Of a DNA stretch of 64,000 nucleotides, positions 37,901 to 44,844 are shown one piece after another. Position 1 is the first letter of the stretch; each line of letters begins with the position of its first letter. Both the position numbers and the translations under genes were made by a program. The notes beneath the pieces were generated by a model. That model saw only the letters and a list, made by a program, of their open reading frames with translations. It was not told where the DNA came from and made no database searches. The stretch spans positions 1,612,001 to 1,676,000 of the forward strand of contig JAKIMF020000001.1 in assembly GCA_022605425.2 (NCBI GenBank), read 5' to 3'. Origin of the DNA: Hamiltosporidium tvaerminnensis FI-OER-3-3. Its lineage: Eukaryota > Fungi > Microsporidia.

Positions 37901-40760
37901 TTCTAAATTGTAAATCTATATTACCTCTTAATCCTTTACATAAAGGTTCTGCTAAATCTCTTATACAAGGTATAAGAACACTAAGACTTATAGGTACATT
38001 TAATATTAATTCTATAAAAATATCTTGATCGTAATGTTTATGCATCATATCTCTTAATGCATAAATAATGTCTGGTAATTTTGTAAATAAATATCTGTAA
38101 ACACCGTTATATCTACCAAATGAAATTCCTAAGTAAATAAAAAGTTCTTTTAAAATTTTATAATAAAACATTCTATGAGGATCTTCTGTTATTAAAGTTT
38201 TTAGTATTGTGTGTAGATAAGCTATAACGTATATTTCCATATCTAAAGGGTAAATTAAAAGGGATTTAAATATGTGTTTAAAGGCTTCAAGGAAGAAGAG
38301 GGGAAGGGGTGTTATATTATAAAGAGGGGTGTTAGAAGGGTTAGTAGGGTGTTGTTCTATATTGTTGGTGGTAAAGGGGTGTTGATTAGTACTGGTAGTA
38401 AAGGGGTGTTGTTCATATGTATTGGTAGTAAAGGGGTGTTGTTCATATGTATTGTTATTAACACCCTTTATATTACTACTACTGTTACTAACACCCTTAT
38501 AATCACTTATACTAGTACTAACACCCCTATTGATATCCTTATAAGTACTATCTCTATCACTATCTCTATCACTATCTCTATTACTAACACCCTTATAACT
38601 ACTATCCCTATAATCCTTACTACTGTTACTAACACCCTTATAACTACTATCCCTATAATCATTACTAATGTTACTAACACCCCTATTGATATCCTTATAA
38701 TCATCTACTTTGTTACTAACACCCCTATCCATACTACCCCCTACCTCCCTACTATCATTATCACCCCCCTCAAACACTTTATTATCTAAACAACTTAAAC
38801 AGTATTTCATTTCACTAACAAGATAATAACTAACCTTAGCAGATATATTTTGTACAGAAAGATAAAACCTCCAAATACAAAACAAATTATTATTAAACAT
38901 AGTAGAAGTAAGTAAATAATAAACATTAACATTAAAAATATCTAAAAATACTTTTTCTTCCAAATATAAAAAAATAGAACAAAACTCATCTAAAATATCT
39001 TTTTCTTCTAAAATTTTTGTATAAATAAATAACCCTGTACGGTATAATAAAGAAAAAGAATTATTTTCTTCTGAATTGAATATGTAAGGTTCTTTATATG
39101 AAAGGTAATGTAAAATATTTTTTATAGATTTTATAGAAGAACGAGAAATTATTTTTGTTTGTGAAATGTCTTGTTGTAAGAGATATGGTGTTATATTAAA
39201 TATACGTGTTAATGTGTGTAAATTTTTTATATAAAAAGCTGTTTTTTCATATGAGGAGTGTTTTAAGGTAAAAAAAATATCATTTATCTGATAAAGGGTA
39301 TTAATTATATATTTTATAGTAGTAAAGGTATCCTCATCAACAACACTGAGAGTATTAGTATTGTATGTGTTATGTGTGTTAGTGTTGTATGTGTTAGTGG
39401 GTTGGTTAGTGTATTGGTTAGTGTTATTAGTGGGTTGGTTAGTGTATTGATTGTTAGTGTTGTTAGTGGATTGGTTGTTATATGTGTTGTATGTGTTAGT
39501 GGGTTGGTTAGTGTATAGGTTGTTATATGTGTTATTATCTATATTATCTAAATTACCTATATTACCTATATTATCTAAATTACTACTCTTAAAGTATTGG
39601 TTTACTTCTTCGTATTCTTTGTTGGTTTGATTGGGAGTGAGGTGGAAGGAATTAGGAAAAGAATAAGAAATAGTAGTATTAGATATAGTGGTAGGATAAA
39701 TAGTAAAAGTATTAGAAAGTGAGTAAGTAGGTAAAAAGAATACAGAAAGTTCATGATCTAAGAAATTAGTAGCAGTATTAGCTATTTTATAAATATGTTC
39801 TTTAGAAAGTCTATCTTTATAATGAAAAGCAATATCAGTAAGTACAGTAAGTCCTAATACTCTAAGATATGGTGTACTACTCTTAATCATTAAATCTTCT
39901 GATATTATAATTTCTATATATTGTTGAAAAACATCTTTAAATTTGGTGGTTAAATAACTGATTTGATGAAAAATTTCTTTTTTAAGGTCTATGGCATCGT
40001 CAGGACAAAAAGTTATTTGAAAAATACAAACTTCGGGAAAAATGGATTTAAATGACCAATCGTGTTTAGGAGAAATTAAAAGAATTTCTGAGTGAAGTTT
40101 AAGTATTTTGGAAAATAAAGAAATTACTTCTATTAGGATATGTTCGTTAGATAAAAATATTTTTGTGTCGGGTAAATCGTTGACAAATATTTTGTAGAAT
40201 TGTGTTAAAATGTCTATTATCTTGATTAGAGGATCTTTGGGTGTCTTGGATATTTTAAGAAGAAGAATAAGAAGTGGTATGGCTTCTGAAAGAGTATAAA
40301 ACGAAGAGAAAATTAATGTGTCGGTGTTGGAAAGAATGTTGGTGGCTATTTCTGTGATAAGGATGTATAAACAGTTTAGAAGGTCAAGGGTACAATCGTC
40401 AGGTATACGGAGCTTCTTTAAAATACTGACATAACATTTTATGGAGAGACTGCTGTTGTGAAGAGTGTCGTGGAGAATTGTGTGTGATAGGAGTCTGTAC
40501 AGCTGGTGGGTGTCTAAAGAATCCTTGGGTTTGGTACGGAAAAGAGTGCGCAGAACTGTTGTACGTATCTGTGTGGTACGCGTGTTTGCTTTGTCGGGTG
40601 GGTGTGCTTCTAGAACTTGGATGGCAAATGGAAGGAAAGTGTCTGTAAAATCTGTGCTTTTGTATATTTCTTGGAGGTATTGTGGTGTGTTAACGTACGT
40701 CTCAAAATTTTCTATTTTTTTTTTAAAGTCTTCGTTGCTTTGAAGGATTTCTTTTAACAT
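25992..40760 (-). CDS. TRA1: Tra1/TRRAP, PIKK-family pseudokinase subunit of SAGA/NuA4, expanded by low-complexity insertions
   Basis: ELILNVPISLSVLIP..LRTLELCLDNL..AARILGKL, FAT region (WIKCAKELQDWD; TWRERMP; KVFMLSNIEVVDAF), PI3K-like domain (IRGSNGKKYFF..REEK; VRLTPNIQKFLG) lacking canonical catalytic motifs, and FATC end PENLCLMPLSWHPWY. CCCCC upstream of the ATG (40768-40772). Confidence 0.95.
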   Translation of the reverse strand: MLKEILQSNEDFKKKIENFETYVNTPQYLQEIYKSTDFTDTFLPFAIQVLEAHPPDKANTRTTQIRTTVLRTLFRTKPKDSLDTHQLYRLLSHTILHDTLHNSSLSIKCYVSILKKLRIPDDCTLDLLNCLYILITEIATNILSNTDTLIFSSFYTLSEAIPLLILLLKISKTPKDPLIKIIDILTQFYKIFVNDLPDTKIFLSNEHILIEVISLFSKILKLHSEILLISPKHDWSFKSIFPEVCIFQITFCPDDAIDLKKEIFHQISYLTTKFKDVFQQYIEIIISEDLMIKSSTPYLRVLGLTVLTDIAFHYKDRLSKEHIYKIANTATNFLDHELSVFFLPTYSLSNTFTIYPTTISNTTISYSFPNSFHLTPNQTNKEYEEVNQYFKSSNLDNIGNIGNLDNIDNNTYNNLYTNQPTNTYNTYNNQSTNNTNNQYTNQPTNNTNQYTNQPTNTYNTNTHNTYNTNTLSVVDEDTFTTIKYIINTLYQINDIFFTLKHSSYEKTAFYIKNLHTLTRIFNITPYLLQQDISQTKIISRSSIKSIKNILHYLSYKEPYIFNSEENNSFSLLYRTGLFIYTKILEEKDILDEFCSIFLYLEEKVFLDIFNVNVYYLLTSTMFNNNLFCIWRFYLSVQNISAKVSYYLVSEMKYCLSCLDNKVFEGGDNDSREVGGSMDRGVSNKVDDYKDINRGVSNISNDYRDSSYKGVSNSSKDYRDSSYKGVSNRDSDRDSDRDSTYKDINRGVSTSISDYKGVSNSSSNIKGVNNNTYEQHPFTTNTYEQHPFTTSTNQHPFTTNNIEQHPTNPSNTPLYNITPLPLFFLEAFKHIFKSLLIYPLDMEIYVIAYLHTILKTLITEDPHRMFYYKILKELFIYLGISFGRYNGVYRYLFTKLPDIIYALRDMMHKHYDQDIFIELILNVPISLSVLIPCIRDLAEPLCKGLRGNIDLQFRSLRTLELCLDNLNLEYVESITEGYMYEIVCILMEMMDRKETNSIAARILGKLKTFNRKFLESTQTYIHKSYNKGMFDIVCGMIGVSNGLEGVNDSSRVEGVNDSSRLEGVNDTTYEQQGVSHPSNNQQGVSNNNTSNNNTINNNTINNNTINNNTINNNTINNNTINYNTINNNTINNNTSNNNTVNNNTSNNNNNNNTSKQDPFINSIYTNNTITPTSIITLPLDTALTHAIQYIIGISIKESFIGSVSDIHTFKNTIKIPFVSNTLLYNSYILIANFIYEAAGWSVLENGEVIEKACKHLRIIKKERFTNFLRNKYQSALNFTHLKRLKGISMESIINKKQIFYDSILSLFECSNFSFENNSYFILKRLATQVVVYKIIQRFKLFSLKTKIHFDYTPFIDALIESFGSTNKTLLIAQKILKRINTSIFKICETTLNCSKVDLYDEILKKLCSLCSYEHKKKRKAGINGLIYFIKNIDLGDVWLFSKRCDILSTLLFYVRLSDKECNSVRDLIFYILRRTFDSGGGGEGDICSVGGDVGYSSNNSNKDSSSSSNRDKDSSNKDNNPSNSSNNLSNNLSNNPSNNLSNTPHNNTNNTTPHTTPHNNTPHNNIFTFHLLSNTSDKITYDKDITVLLLGGITSISNKVREISQSSLEYLSELKGLSVNELLEPYKDLIRNTIFKGESYFRNNNEQCAKLDSLSYILGLRPPLFIENVYPLYDIVITKLNRNISGMGVGMGGSVGVSMGVGVGVSMGVNVSGSVGVSNINSNISNNSSNISNSVNNLYTSNPYTNNTTSNPYTNTHTTTNPYTNNTTSNPYTNNTTSNPYTNNTTNTTSNPYTTSNTSNPYTNTHTTTNTTSNPYTNNTTSNPYTNTHTTTNPYTNNTTSNPYTNNTTNTTSNPYTTSNTSNPYTNTHTTTNTTSNPYTNNTTSNPYTNNNTTPYNNTPTDSDVSIYSYKYLLSLITLSNNKENNKEILETIIILFYKGLYSNITDIIELCKQGLRQCLIHYNNLSKKLLLNLQKVFFSKFMVERLDIQSISFLINLLEIYDGHLDNDMLTEVVVSRVVEIFKVEEMGVWGVGVGMSVGGSISVGGVSGNSISGNIGSNIGSNIGSNVGSNSVSNIGSNIGSNIGSKIGSNNSPYNPNTNTNQNTTPHNTTPNNNTPNNNTTNTPNSFDLLYKGFELISILKFKVSFLEKNKHLLENIVKTFIILENNYKLLTNYRLLRLFKEIIERNVILSNLLFKHMNYYSTFRLFIYLYSNSSIMSKYFKENVNVFGEIFFVEVMQVGVGGSGGRDGGSVGGGRDTSIRDNIRDTRDNTRDNTRDNTRDNTRDTTRDTTNTNKHLADKISYSHTFIFLDILNYKFKENEIHYSAMLLRECVNRNKDTSILITFLRSKVGVMSVETINYLFEFDYSFILNDYSRVRDKNVNERLKSMTIEVIRRRLRMYCNMGRVGGVSDSINTLHLVNNKYSEQQGVNNKYIEQQGLRDKYSEQQGVRDNSNIQQGVNNKYSEQQGVNNNINIQQGVNTNTYEQHPFNTTYEQHPFNTNTNAYHPLTITFGYSNTTITPQYTNLNNSSNSNNLSNINNNNNLNINNNLNINNNLNINNNLNINNNLNITTLTIDLAGLEGSIEEFSKENEWRYNILSIFIDYKIRSNTVIEVCKNLITSKTSIKYKALSYLSIFMPDISYFNELIYAHHEYKEITLPALEYLLFHYNCNLFESLLLKVLRSEVLYKIHLSVTYPLIVKCNSLISYKVCFEVCDCIFRLYGTYMLVHCKMASQLLSVILQVGSGGCGSGVVCGDMGGSVSNSIGVSDRDSIGVSDRDSIGVSNSIGVSNSDNSSKYNNNTYTTNNYTNTPTHNTTNNTNTSHIKCFIPSDTYLPFIEVFKMLYTLNFLNGCYLGNLPLPLFLTLDFNLIMNVEKIESVNLSKTVQEELEKCRLIVHRGDVDRSGGDIYRDSNRDRDNNRDRDGNSYNYTNNNTYTNNNRYTNNNTYTNNNTYTYTNILNYKSQFIATLTSLKCNLFTDDCIFEELLSYFDVGFLLNVVSKYVSLEGVINSKTVFMILKYLIEECDECIEAVVGLLEVISKMGVSGGSVVYGVLLRKVRLMSSGGVSNTLLGNSGGNNTYNNTPLNTNTTNSGNNTLLNTNTTNSGNNTLLNTTNNIGNNTPLNTTNNIGNNTPLNTTNSISIWERVREGCNSIAENMLSKYDIYEREVLYDYMGMLISDENIEDSNKLRILKVLGEISEDEIFYLFVLSLFKKENCKFNALAISFYFNGLKFYAKEIRNDFYALLHKSINNEWHKRILYLFKFEWQKFKGNWLYCIFRLLLMNLECVGIETFKFCVYGDDSYFENMFSTEKVSNDTSVPVIQTFYSGSGVSGSVGGSKSNINNSIASKSNINNNKSTNNSTNNSTNNHTTNTTTGNPNIENFIGKEMTPFTTVVRKFKGVNILGVVCEMGYNSDSLVYEVFPRVFHAILEKMHKNEIQDIVYAFIDMAIKFKEINNRHDILGLRSIIHSFGLLKDIYSFGDNYMSLCHMCNSYNLFLEMVNEEQRMHIYEYLEEDDLYFGLLRTSSYFSETSDVALNHLLGESRTAILEYEGLMNKAKNGEMSFIKSEYDQWVSEWIKCAKELQDWDLIQELGNYTGDFGLITESSWRLSNFEIESDRSSFFNMLNLRKNCFDKKFYETFYLMYVNYDLNRIEELLKSATVEIGKIPRCSNKYFNMLQQIQVIVEMQEARHIFNFSKNNIENIKWVMKTWRERMPLSHYSIENWMVLCTWRYHIYNRISNLELSEISTKGMHDLARSLNCLGKTARRNRCYDLSHNSLSKVFMLSNIEVVDAFKKIEEELKCYLCEGKYLEGLELACGANIDYFTVKEKGKIFFYKGLFTYFIERDSMGVSNGVDGYRGVSNSVDGYRGVNVSDIPFSTNPYNNTYNNPYSPTNNTSNNPYSPNNNTPIVNPYSPNNNPYSPNNNTPNNNPYSPNNNTPTNNPYSPNNNPYSPNNNTPTNNPYSPNNIPFTSHSPNTLYSSSSYTNSPNTPTTNPSYSNSPNTPYPNSPNTSYFNSKSEQLFLQSLQICPDVPECWYTYGIFMEKCYYECRRMGSREEYRREEIRPDIRREIKDNKDNKDYIKDNKDYIKDNKDYIKHNEDNKDYIKDNKDNKGEEFLIKAFQAFLKTCVLFTNNKSRISMMKIIKILLLASNSNTAIISNLTKEFEISINDLKIEFFFFFIRQFIDLLSTKSYECAIIFLKKAISIHPQAVHTYLSVADSEINLSLDNILDSLKSQEVLEERLNIENEFINYKEDINVLHDLLTNTNLSSVSYNDISLCKIAHERLNNLMSFYKTHHGFTCFTVDMVINNILQIFESNNEEHSFIVIDFLLKHIFDNYSNFDLRNNKGLEALLNRMLGVLSLSKICQKYYDEFKNDFFSTTEISLSQVFAKVYKWKYIIENMMKSMPYNIRLDVLSSFLIDYENAKYSEIYVFGQYIPIKESYHNLVKIESFEPVVMLSWKNGYCIRKLEIRGSNGKKYFFAMHSHDTSLYKREEKIMQAAMFLDKEVECGTEFLFSMNDMDCNTGGEECVEGNRNFDKNENRNTGTNENRNTGSTNTFRSTGTTDYGTTDNRNTGSKKGDLGRSNASVLALKRKNARLSPKLAIRISYKIRLVSFRQSYFFLDDILNEWCTRIGYSYHYLAIKYMKYVDELAGRAVFFGCENDEDVGCSISVVNSNEIENNGDNGEGRGDGKQPEDCFMNIRNSSGDRLSSELKLGAYRKMVEFVSDSILKDRFLDYCGDFDVYFSFRKNFGVSFGSISWFIYMLGAYNREPSKLAIGLCDGSYYSLDVVPCLEEKYIFKNNESVNVRLTPNIQKFLGKEGVEGQMVSLFYNYSVFVKRGCLSDLIYVVINEDASFSEQLFFYKGLDEEKRIGFEKNIRVVMERMDMCCDGKKLLKMLNSSMDPENLCLMPLSWHPWY

Positions 40761-40767
40761 ATTTTTA

Positions 40768-40772
40768 GGGGG
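40768..40772 (-). promoter_or_regulatory. Microsporidian CCC-like start-proximal motif (example at Tra1)
   Basis: TTTTAACCCCCTAAAAATATG. Equivalent motifs lie before ALG1 (2236), Dicer (10039), the RT ORF (44674-44676), Ssl1 (47905-47907) and Psr1 (62882-62885), and as GGG before the acyltransferase (59250-59252). Confidence 0.75.
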
Positions 40773-40862
40773 TTAAAAAATGGAAGGAAGAGGAAAGGAA
40801 GGAGTGGAGTGTTAATTATAGAGTAATAGGTCTAATGAGGTGTAGGTGTGATAAAGGGTATT

Positions 40863-43800
40863 TTTATTTAATAAAATTCTGGGTTAAAATATTTTTTACC
40901 ATTTTTACATGTTTTCTTCTACCTCTTTGACCACTTTTGTCTCTTCTTCCAAATCCGACTCTTCATTTATGTTATTGGTCGGTTCCTCTAAAGTGGTTCC
41001 TCCTTGTAAAATAAAGGGGGCTTTATATTTTGGTTTAAAATTTTTGGCACCATCTTCCTCTGTTTTCGCTTCTTTTAAAGGGGGTATTGGTTCCTCATGC
41101 ATCTCTGATCTCATAATAACACCCATTGACGCTCTCTCCCAGCTCTCTTCGGCATTTAGTCCTGACTCAAGTCCTCTTCGTCGATCAAAGGAAATAGTTT
41201 CGACTGTTTTCTTAAGTGCTATAGACTGAATGTATGCCTCTACATTCATGGGTATTTCTAGTCTTTTAAGATAAGATTTATGGTATTTTGTCACAATACC
41301 GTCCCAGGTCATCACATAAGGGATTATCTCAACACTACACTTATAAATAAGGCCCAACTCATTGGCTAGCAGGTCATACTTCCTAAGTTTTTCAGTTTCA
41401 ACTATTTGAAGTGAATCTTGGGAAGTGATTCCTACTTCAATGAGTGTTATCTTATTCTTCTTCTTATCTAAAATAAATATGTCGGGTCTGTTATTCCGAA
41501 TTTTAACATCAGTTTTTATTCTGGTGTCCACTCTTATCTCTGCATACTCATTATCAAGAATTTCTTGAACTGAGTGGCTCCTTATTCGTTTTGAAGACTT
41601 AAACTTATATCTATTTAGAAGGAGAAGGTGTAGGCATCTAACCACTTCATTATGCCGTCTAGTGTAATCATGGCCTAGCATTTTTTCACATCTAGTTGCT
41701 AGATGATCCACAGTCTTACCAGACTTCCCGCAATGTTGACACACACCATCTGCTCCCCAGAATACATTTCTATCCTGGATATAGCAGAACACAGCTTCAT
41801 TTCGTGGCCTAATATTTCCTCTCTTTAGCCATCTTGAAGAGTCACTAACACTCACAAGCTCATTTTTCCTTGCATTATATAACTTTGAATGGAGTTTTCG
41901 TTTTTCTATTTCGTTATATAGTTTTGCAAGTTGAGCTTCTTCTAAACTTTTCTTAGTGACTTCTTCTACCAACCTGTACTTTACTTTTAAGAAGCCTTTT
42001 ATTAGTGCAAGATGGGTTTTATTATTATTCTCCACCTTGAGGATTGCTGCTCGTCTAGTTGATATTTCTTTACTTTTTTCCAGACAATCCAAGAGTTGCA
42101 GAAGCATATGTTCGCTTCGCAACTCAACACTATGTAGGCCTCTTCCAAGTTCTGTTCTAGGAAGATACAACCGCTCTTTACATCCTGGGCGGAGATGTAT
42201 CTTATTTTTAACCAACACCGCACGCACTGCATCATCTAACTTAGAGAAGTCAGCCGGTTCAAGTCGAAGTACTCCTATGTGGTAGTTGATTAACGATATC
42301 GCATGTTGATTGATTGCAGAAAATAAATTTTTTGCGTTTAATCTAGTGTGACAAAGTCTTTCAACTCTTGATATAAGTTTGCTCTGTACTTCTTCAAATG
42401 AGCTACGTGTTGGGATTCCTCTGCTATCTTCTATTATTCCTAAATATTTGTAAACACTAACACCTTCTAGAAGAGTAGCAGTATCTTCACAACACGTATC
42501 ATTTGTGGCTGACTTCTCTTTGTTAATCTCTAAGCCAATCACCTCTAAAAATTCCTTTGCCTCGCCTGTCATAGCACTCAATGTGGAGCTGTCTTTTGCA
42601 AGGAGCTTAAGATCATCAATAAACAAGAGATGATTAGTAGAATGGGATTCTGCATCTGTTTGTACTGTCACTTTTGTGTATTTTTCATTAAGCTTTCGGC
42701 TTAATGGATCCATACACAACACAAATAACAAAGGTGACAGACTATCTCCTTGTAGAATCCCTCTATCAATCTTCTTGCTCATGATTTTTTCAGGCCCTAC
42801 TGATATATCAATTTTCCATTTTGATATAATTACCTTAATAAATTTCAGGATCCAATCAGGTAAATTAAGGTTTTCAATGCATTGAGTTAAATAAGCATGA
42901 TCTATTGAATCATAAGCTTTTTTAACATCAATCCATGTTGCCTTAAGATTATTTCCATACTCTTTATTTAAGGCAATATTCAGTAGAGCCTGCTCTTTCG
43001 CTCCCTGCACACCTCTTACCGCCCCTAGTTGGTTCTCTGCAAGCAACCCTCGCCTTTCCACTTCAAGTTGAACGACTTTCGTTACACACTTTGTCGTTAA
43101 CTTATAGAGGTTGGACATACAAGTGATTGGCCTGTAGTCAGAGCCTCTTCGTGGAATTCCTTTCGGTATCAAATACGTAAGCCCGCAGTAAAACCAATCA
43201 GCTTGAGGTGTTCCTTCTAAACATATAACTTTCACAATATCATAAAGATATTTGTGAAGAGTTGTAAGTTTCTTAATGAAAAAATTGTAAATACCATCAA
43301 TTCCAGCAGCTTTCCAATTAGGGAGCCAATTAATGATATTCACAAATTCATCAAGTGAAGGAAACGTGGTCGGATGATTATCTGATACAAATGGAATCAA
43401 ATAATCATCGTACGTGACTGTGTCATCATTTTTGTTCCACATTGTAGACCAAAAACTCACAATTTCATCACGGCTAACCACATGCTCGGATTCCACACGC
43501 TCGGATAACCCACGATAAAATCGACCTCGGAAAAGCTCAAACATACGATTCTCTTTTCGGAATTGCTTCCTACTTTCATGCATCGTAATTTTTTTCTCGT
43601 AAACATTCAAAGACTCATTCTTCTTAACTAAAGCCTCAGAAAGATCAGTTACGCTGCTCAAGTTTAAATTAAACTCTCGCATGATTTTCTTAAGGCTCTT
43701 CGTTTCCGAAGTGGAGAGCTTTTCCTGCTTACGAGCTTTCTCGAGGAGATCTTTGGAAAGTACTAACTTAGAAATTTTACTTTCTATGTGTTCCTTCCAA

Positions 43801-44668
43801 GCGGATCTAGGCTTCTCTTTACGTGTTGCCTCGTCATAGCATACCTGCGCAGCTTGCATGATATACGCGGCTTCCGTAATTGACTCAGGTACATGAGCTC
43901 CTGCATATTCACCGACTACTCGATTTATGAGATCCAGAACTTTACTATCAACCAATTCATTTGGATGTTTTCTAGTTCGGACCACCACTTTTCCAATTTC
44001 GTTCTCAGAGATTTCTTTGATTTTACTCAAGAATTTATCTCTCAGGTTTATGTACTCCGTGGTGTCGGTCAAGGTGCATGTATCAGCGAGACAAGTGGCG
44101 ATTCTACGTCGCTCTCCATTCTCTTCTGATTTTACTTCCTTTCCCATCTCACTTTGTGCCAATTTTTTTAACACTTCGAGAGTTTCAGTGCAGCCGAATT
44201 TCTCATTATAGTACCTGTGAAGCTCTGTCCAGCCATTTCTTGGCATTCTTTCAAACCTTGTCTGTACTGCAAAAAAAACAATTCGAGGCCATTCCTTCGG
44301 GTCGGCTGTTACGGAATCGAATATCGTCCGCAATGCCATTAGCCTGTTACCTTCCGGAATAGCTAGAGTACAGGGGCTTGTCATGTCGTACGATGGCTCG
44401 CACGCAGAGACTTCAACCGAAGAGGGAACTGGTGCATTAGGCGAAGGTAAGGTGTCAAGCCCACTATTTTGCATTTTACTGCATGTTTGGCTTGGTGGTG
44501 GAGGTGTTATTGTTGTGTAGGAGGAGGAAGGTAGGGGAATCGCCGGTGGGTGTAGCTTACATTTTTGTATCTCACTATCACTCTTTTTCACCTCATCAGC
44601 GTCGTTTGCAGCCTTTATTTTGGTATTATTCGATATTTCGCTGCTAACATTTTTCTTTCTACCCATAT
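40863..44668 (-). mobile_element. Intact single-ORF non-LTR retrotransposon with RT and restriction-like endonuclease (R4/Dong/NeSL-like group), 12-bp TSD
   Basis: TSD ATAAAGGGTATT at 40851-40862 and 44669-44680. Higher GC than the host. ~40-nt A-rich 3' UTR. Confidence 0.9.
40905..44666 (-). CDS. Reverse transcriptase-RLE endonuclease of non-LTR retrotransposon (1253 aa)
   Basis: RT motifs KAAGIDGI, YRPITC, WIDVKKAYDSI, GILQGDSLSPLLF, LFIDD, YKYLG. CCHC finger CQHC..DHLATRC. RHN, RPDI and IEV..K..KY endonuclease motifs. Uninterrupted ORF. Confidence 0.95.
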   Translation of the reverse strand: MGRKKNVSSEISNNTKIKAANDADEVKKSDSEIQKCKLHPPAIPLPSSSYTTITPPPPSQTCSKMQNSGLDTLPSPNAPVPSSVEVSACEPSYDMTSPCTLAIPEGNRLMALRTIFDSVTADPKEWPRIVFFAVQTRFERMPRNGWTELHRYYNEKFGCTETLEVLKKLAQSEMGKEVKSEENGERRRIATCLADTCTLTDTTEYINLRDKFLSKIKEISENEIGKVVVRTRKHPNELVDSKVLDLINRVVGEYAGAHVPESITEAAYIMQAAQVCYDEATRKEKPRSAWKEHIESKISKLVLSKDLLEKARKQEKLSTSETKSLKKIMREFNLNLSSVTDLSEALVKKNESLNVYEKKITMHESRKQFRKENRMFELFRGRFYRGLSERVESEHVVSRDEIVSFWSTMWNKNDDTVTYDDYLIPFVSDNHPTTFPSLDEFVNIINWLPNWKAAGIDGIYNFFIKKLTTLHKYLYDIVKVICLEGTPQADWFYCGLTYLIPKGIPRRGSDYRPITCMSNLYKLTTKCVTKVVQLEVERRGLLAENQLGAVRGVQGAKEQALLNIALNKEYGNNLKATWIDVKKAYDSIDHAYLTQCIENLNLPDWILKFIKVIISKWKIDISVGPEKIMSKKIDRGILQGDSLSPLLFVLCMDPLSRKLNEKYTKVTVQTDAESHSTNHLLFIDDLKLLAKDSSTLSAMTGEAKEFLEVIGLEINKEKSATNDTCCEDTATLLEGVSVYKYLGIIEDSRGIPTRSSFEEVQSKLISRVERLCHTRLNAKNLFSAINQHAISLINYHIGVLRLEPADFSKLDDAVRAVLVKNKIHLRPGCKERLYLPRTELGRGLHSVELRSEHMLLQLLDCLEKSKEISTRRAAILKVENNNKTHLALIKGFLKVKYRLVEEVTKKSLEEAQLAKLYNEIEKRKLHSKLYNARKNELVSVSDSSRWLKRGNIRPRNEAVFCYIQDRNVFWGADGVCQHCGKSGKTVDHLATRCEKMLGHDYTRRHNEVVRCLHLLLLNRYKFKSSKRIRSHSVQEILDNEYAEIRVDTRIKTDVKIRNNRPDIFILDKKKNKITLIEVGITSQDSLQIVETEKLRKYDLLANELGLIYKCSVEIIPYVMTWDGIVTKYHKSYLKRLEIPMNVEAYIQSIALKKTVETISFDRRRGLESGLNAEESWERASMGVIMRSEMHEEPIPPLKEAKTEEDGAKNFKPKYKAPFILQGGTTLEEPTNNINEESDLEEETKVVKEVEENM

Positions 44669-44844
44669 ATAAAGGGTATTAAAAGGTATTTAATTATAAG
44701 AGTTGTAGGGGTTAATTATAGGGTAATAGGTATAATGTGTTAGTTATGGTATGTTACTGATAAAGGGTATTAAAAGGTATTTAATTAGGTTAATTATAAG
44801 GTTTTAGTAATATAAGTCGTGTGCTGTATTAAAGGATATTAAAA

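Noticed and set aside
28386-38789. Many 65-200 aa alternative-frame and antisense ORFs inside Tra1
   Set aside because: They are by-products of low-complexity repeats lacking stops in some frames, with no domain content.
40909-44362. Short antisense ORFs overlapping the RT
   Set aside because: Shadow ORFs of a GC-richer coding sequence.
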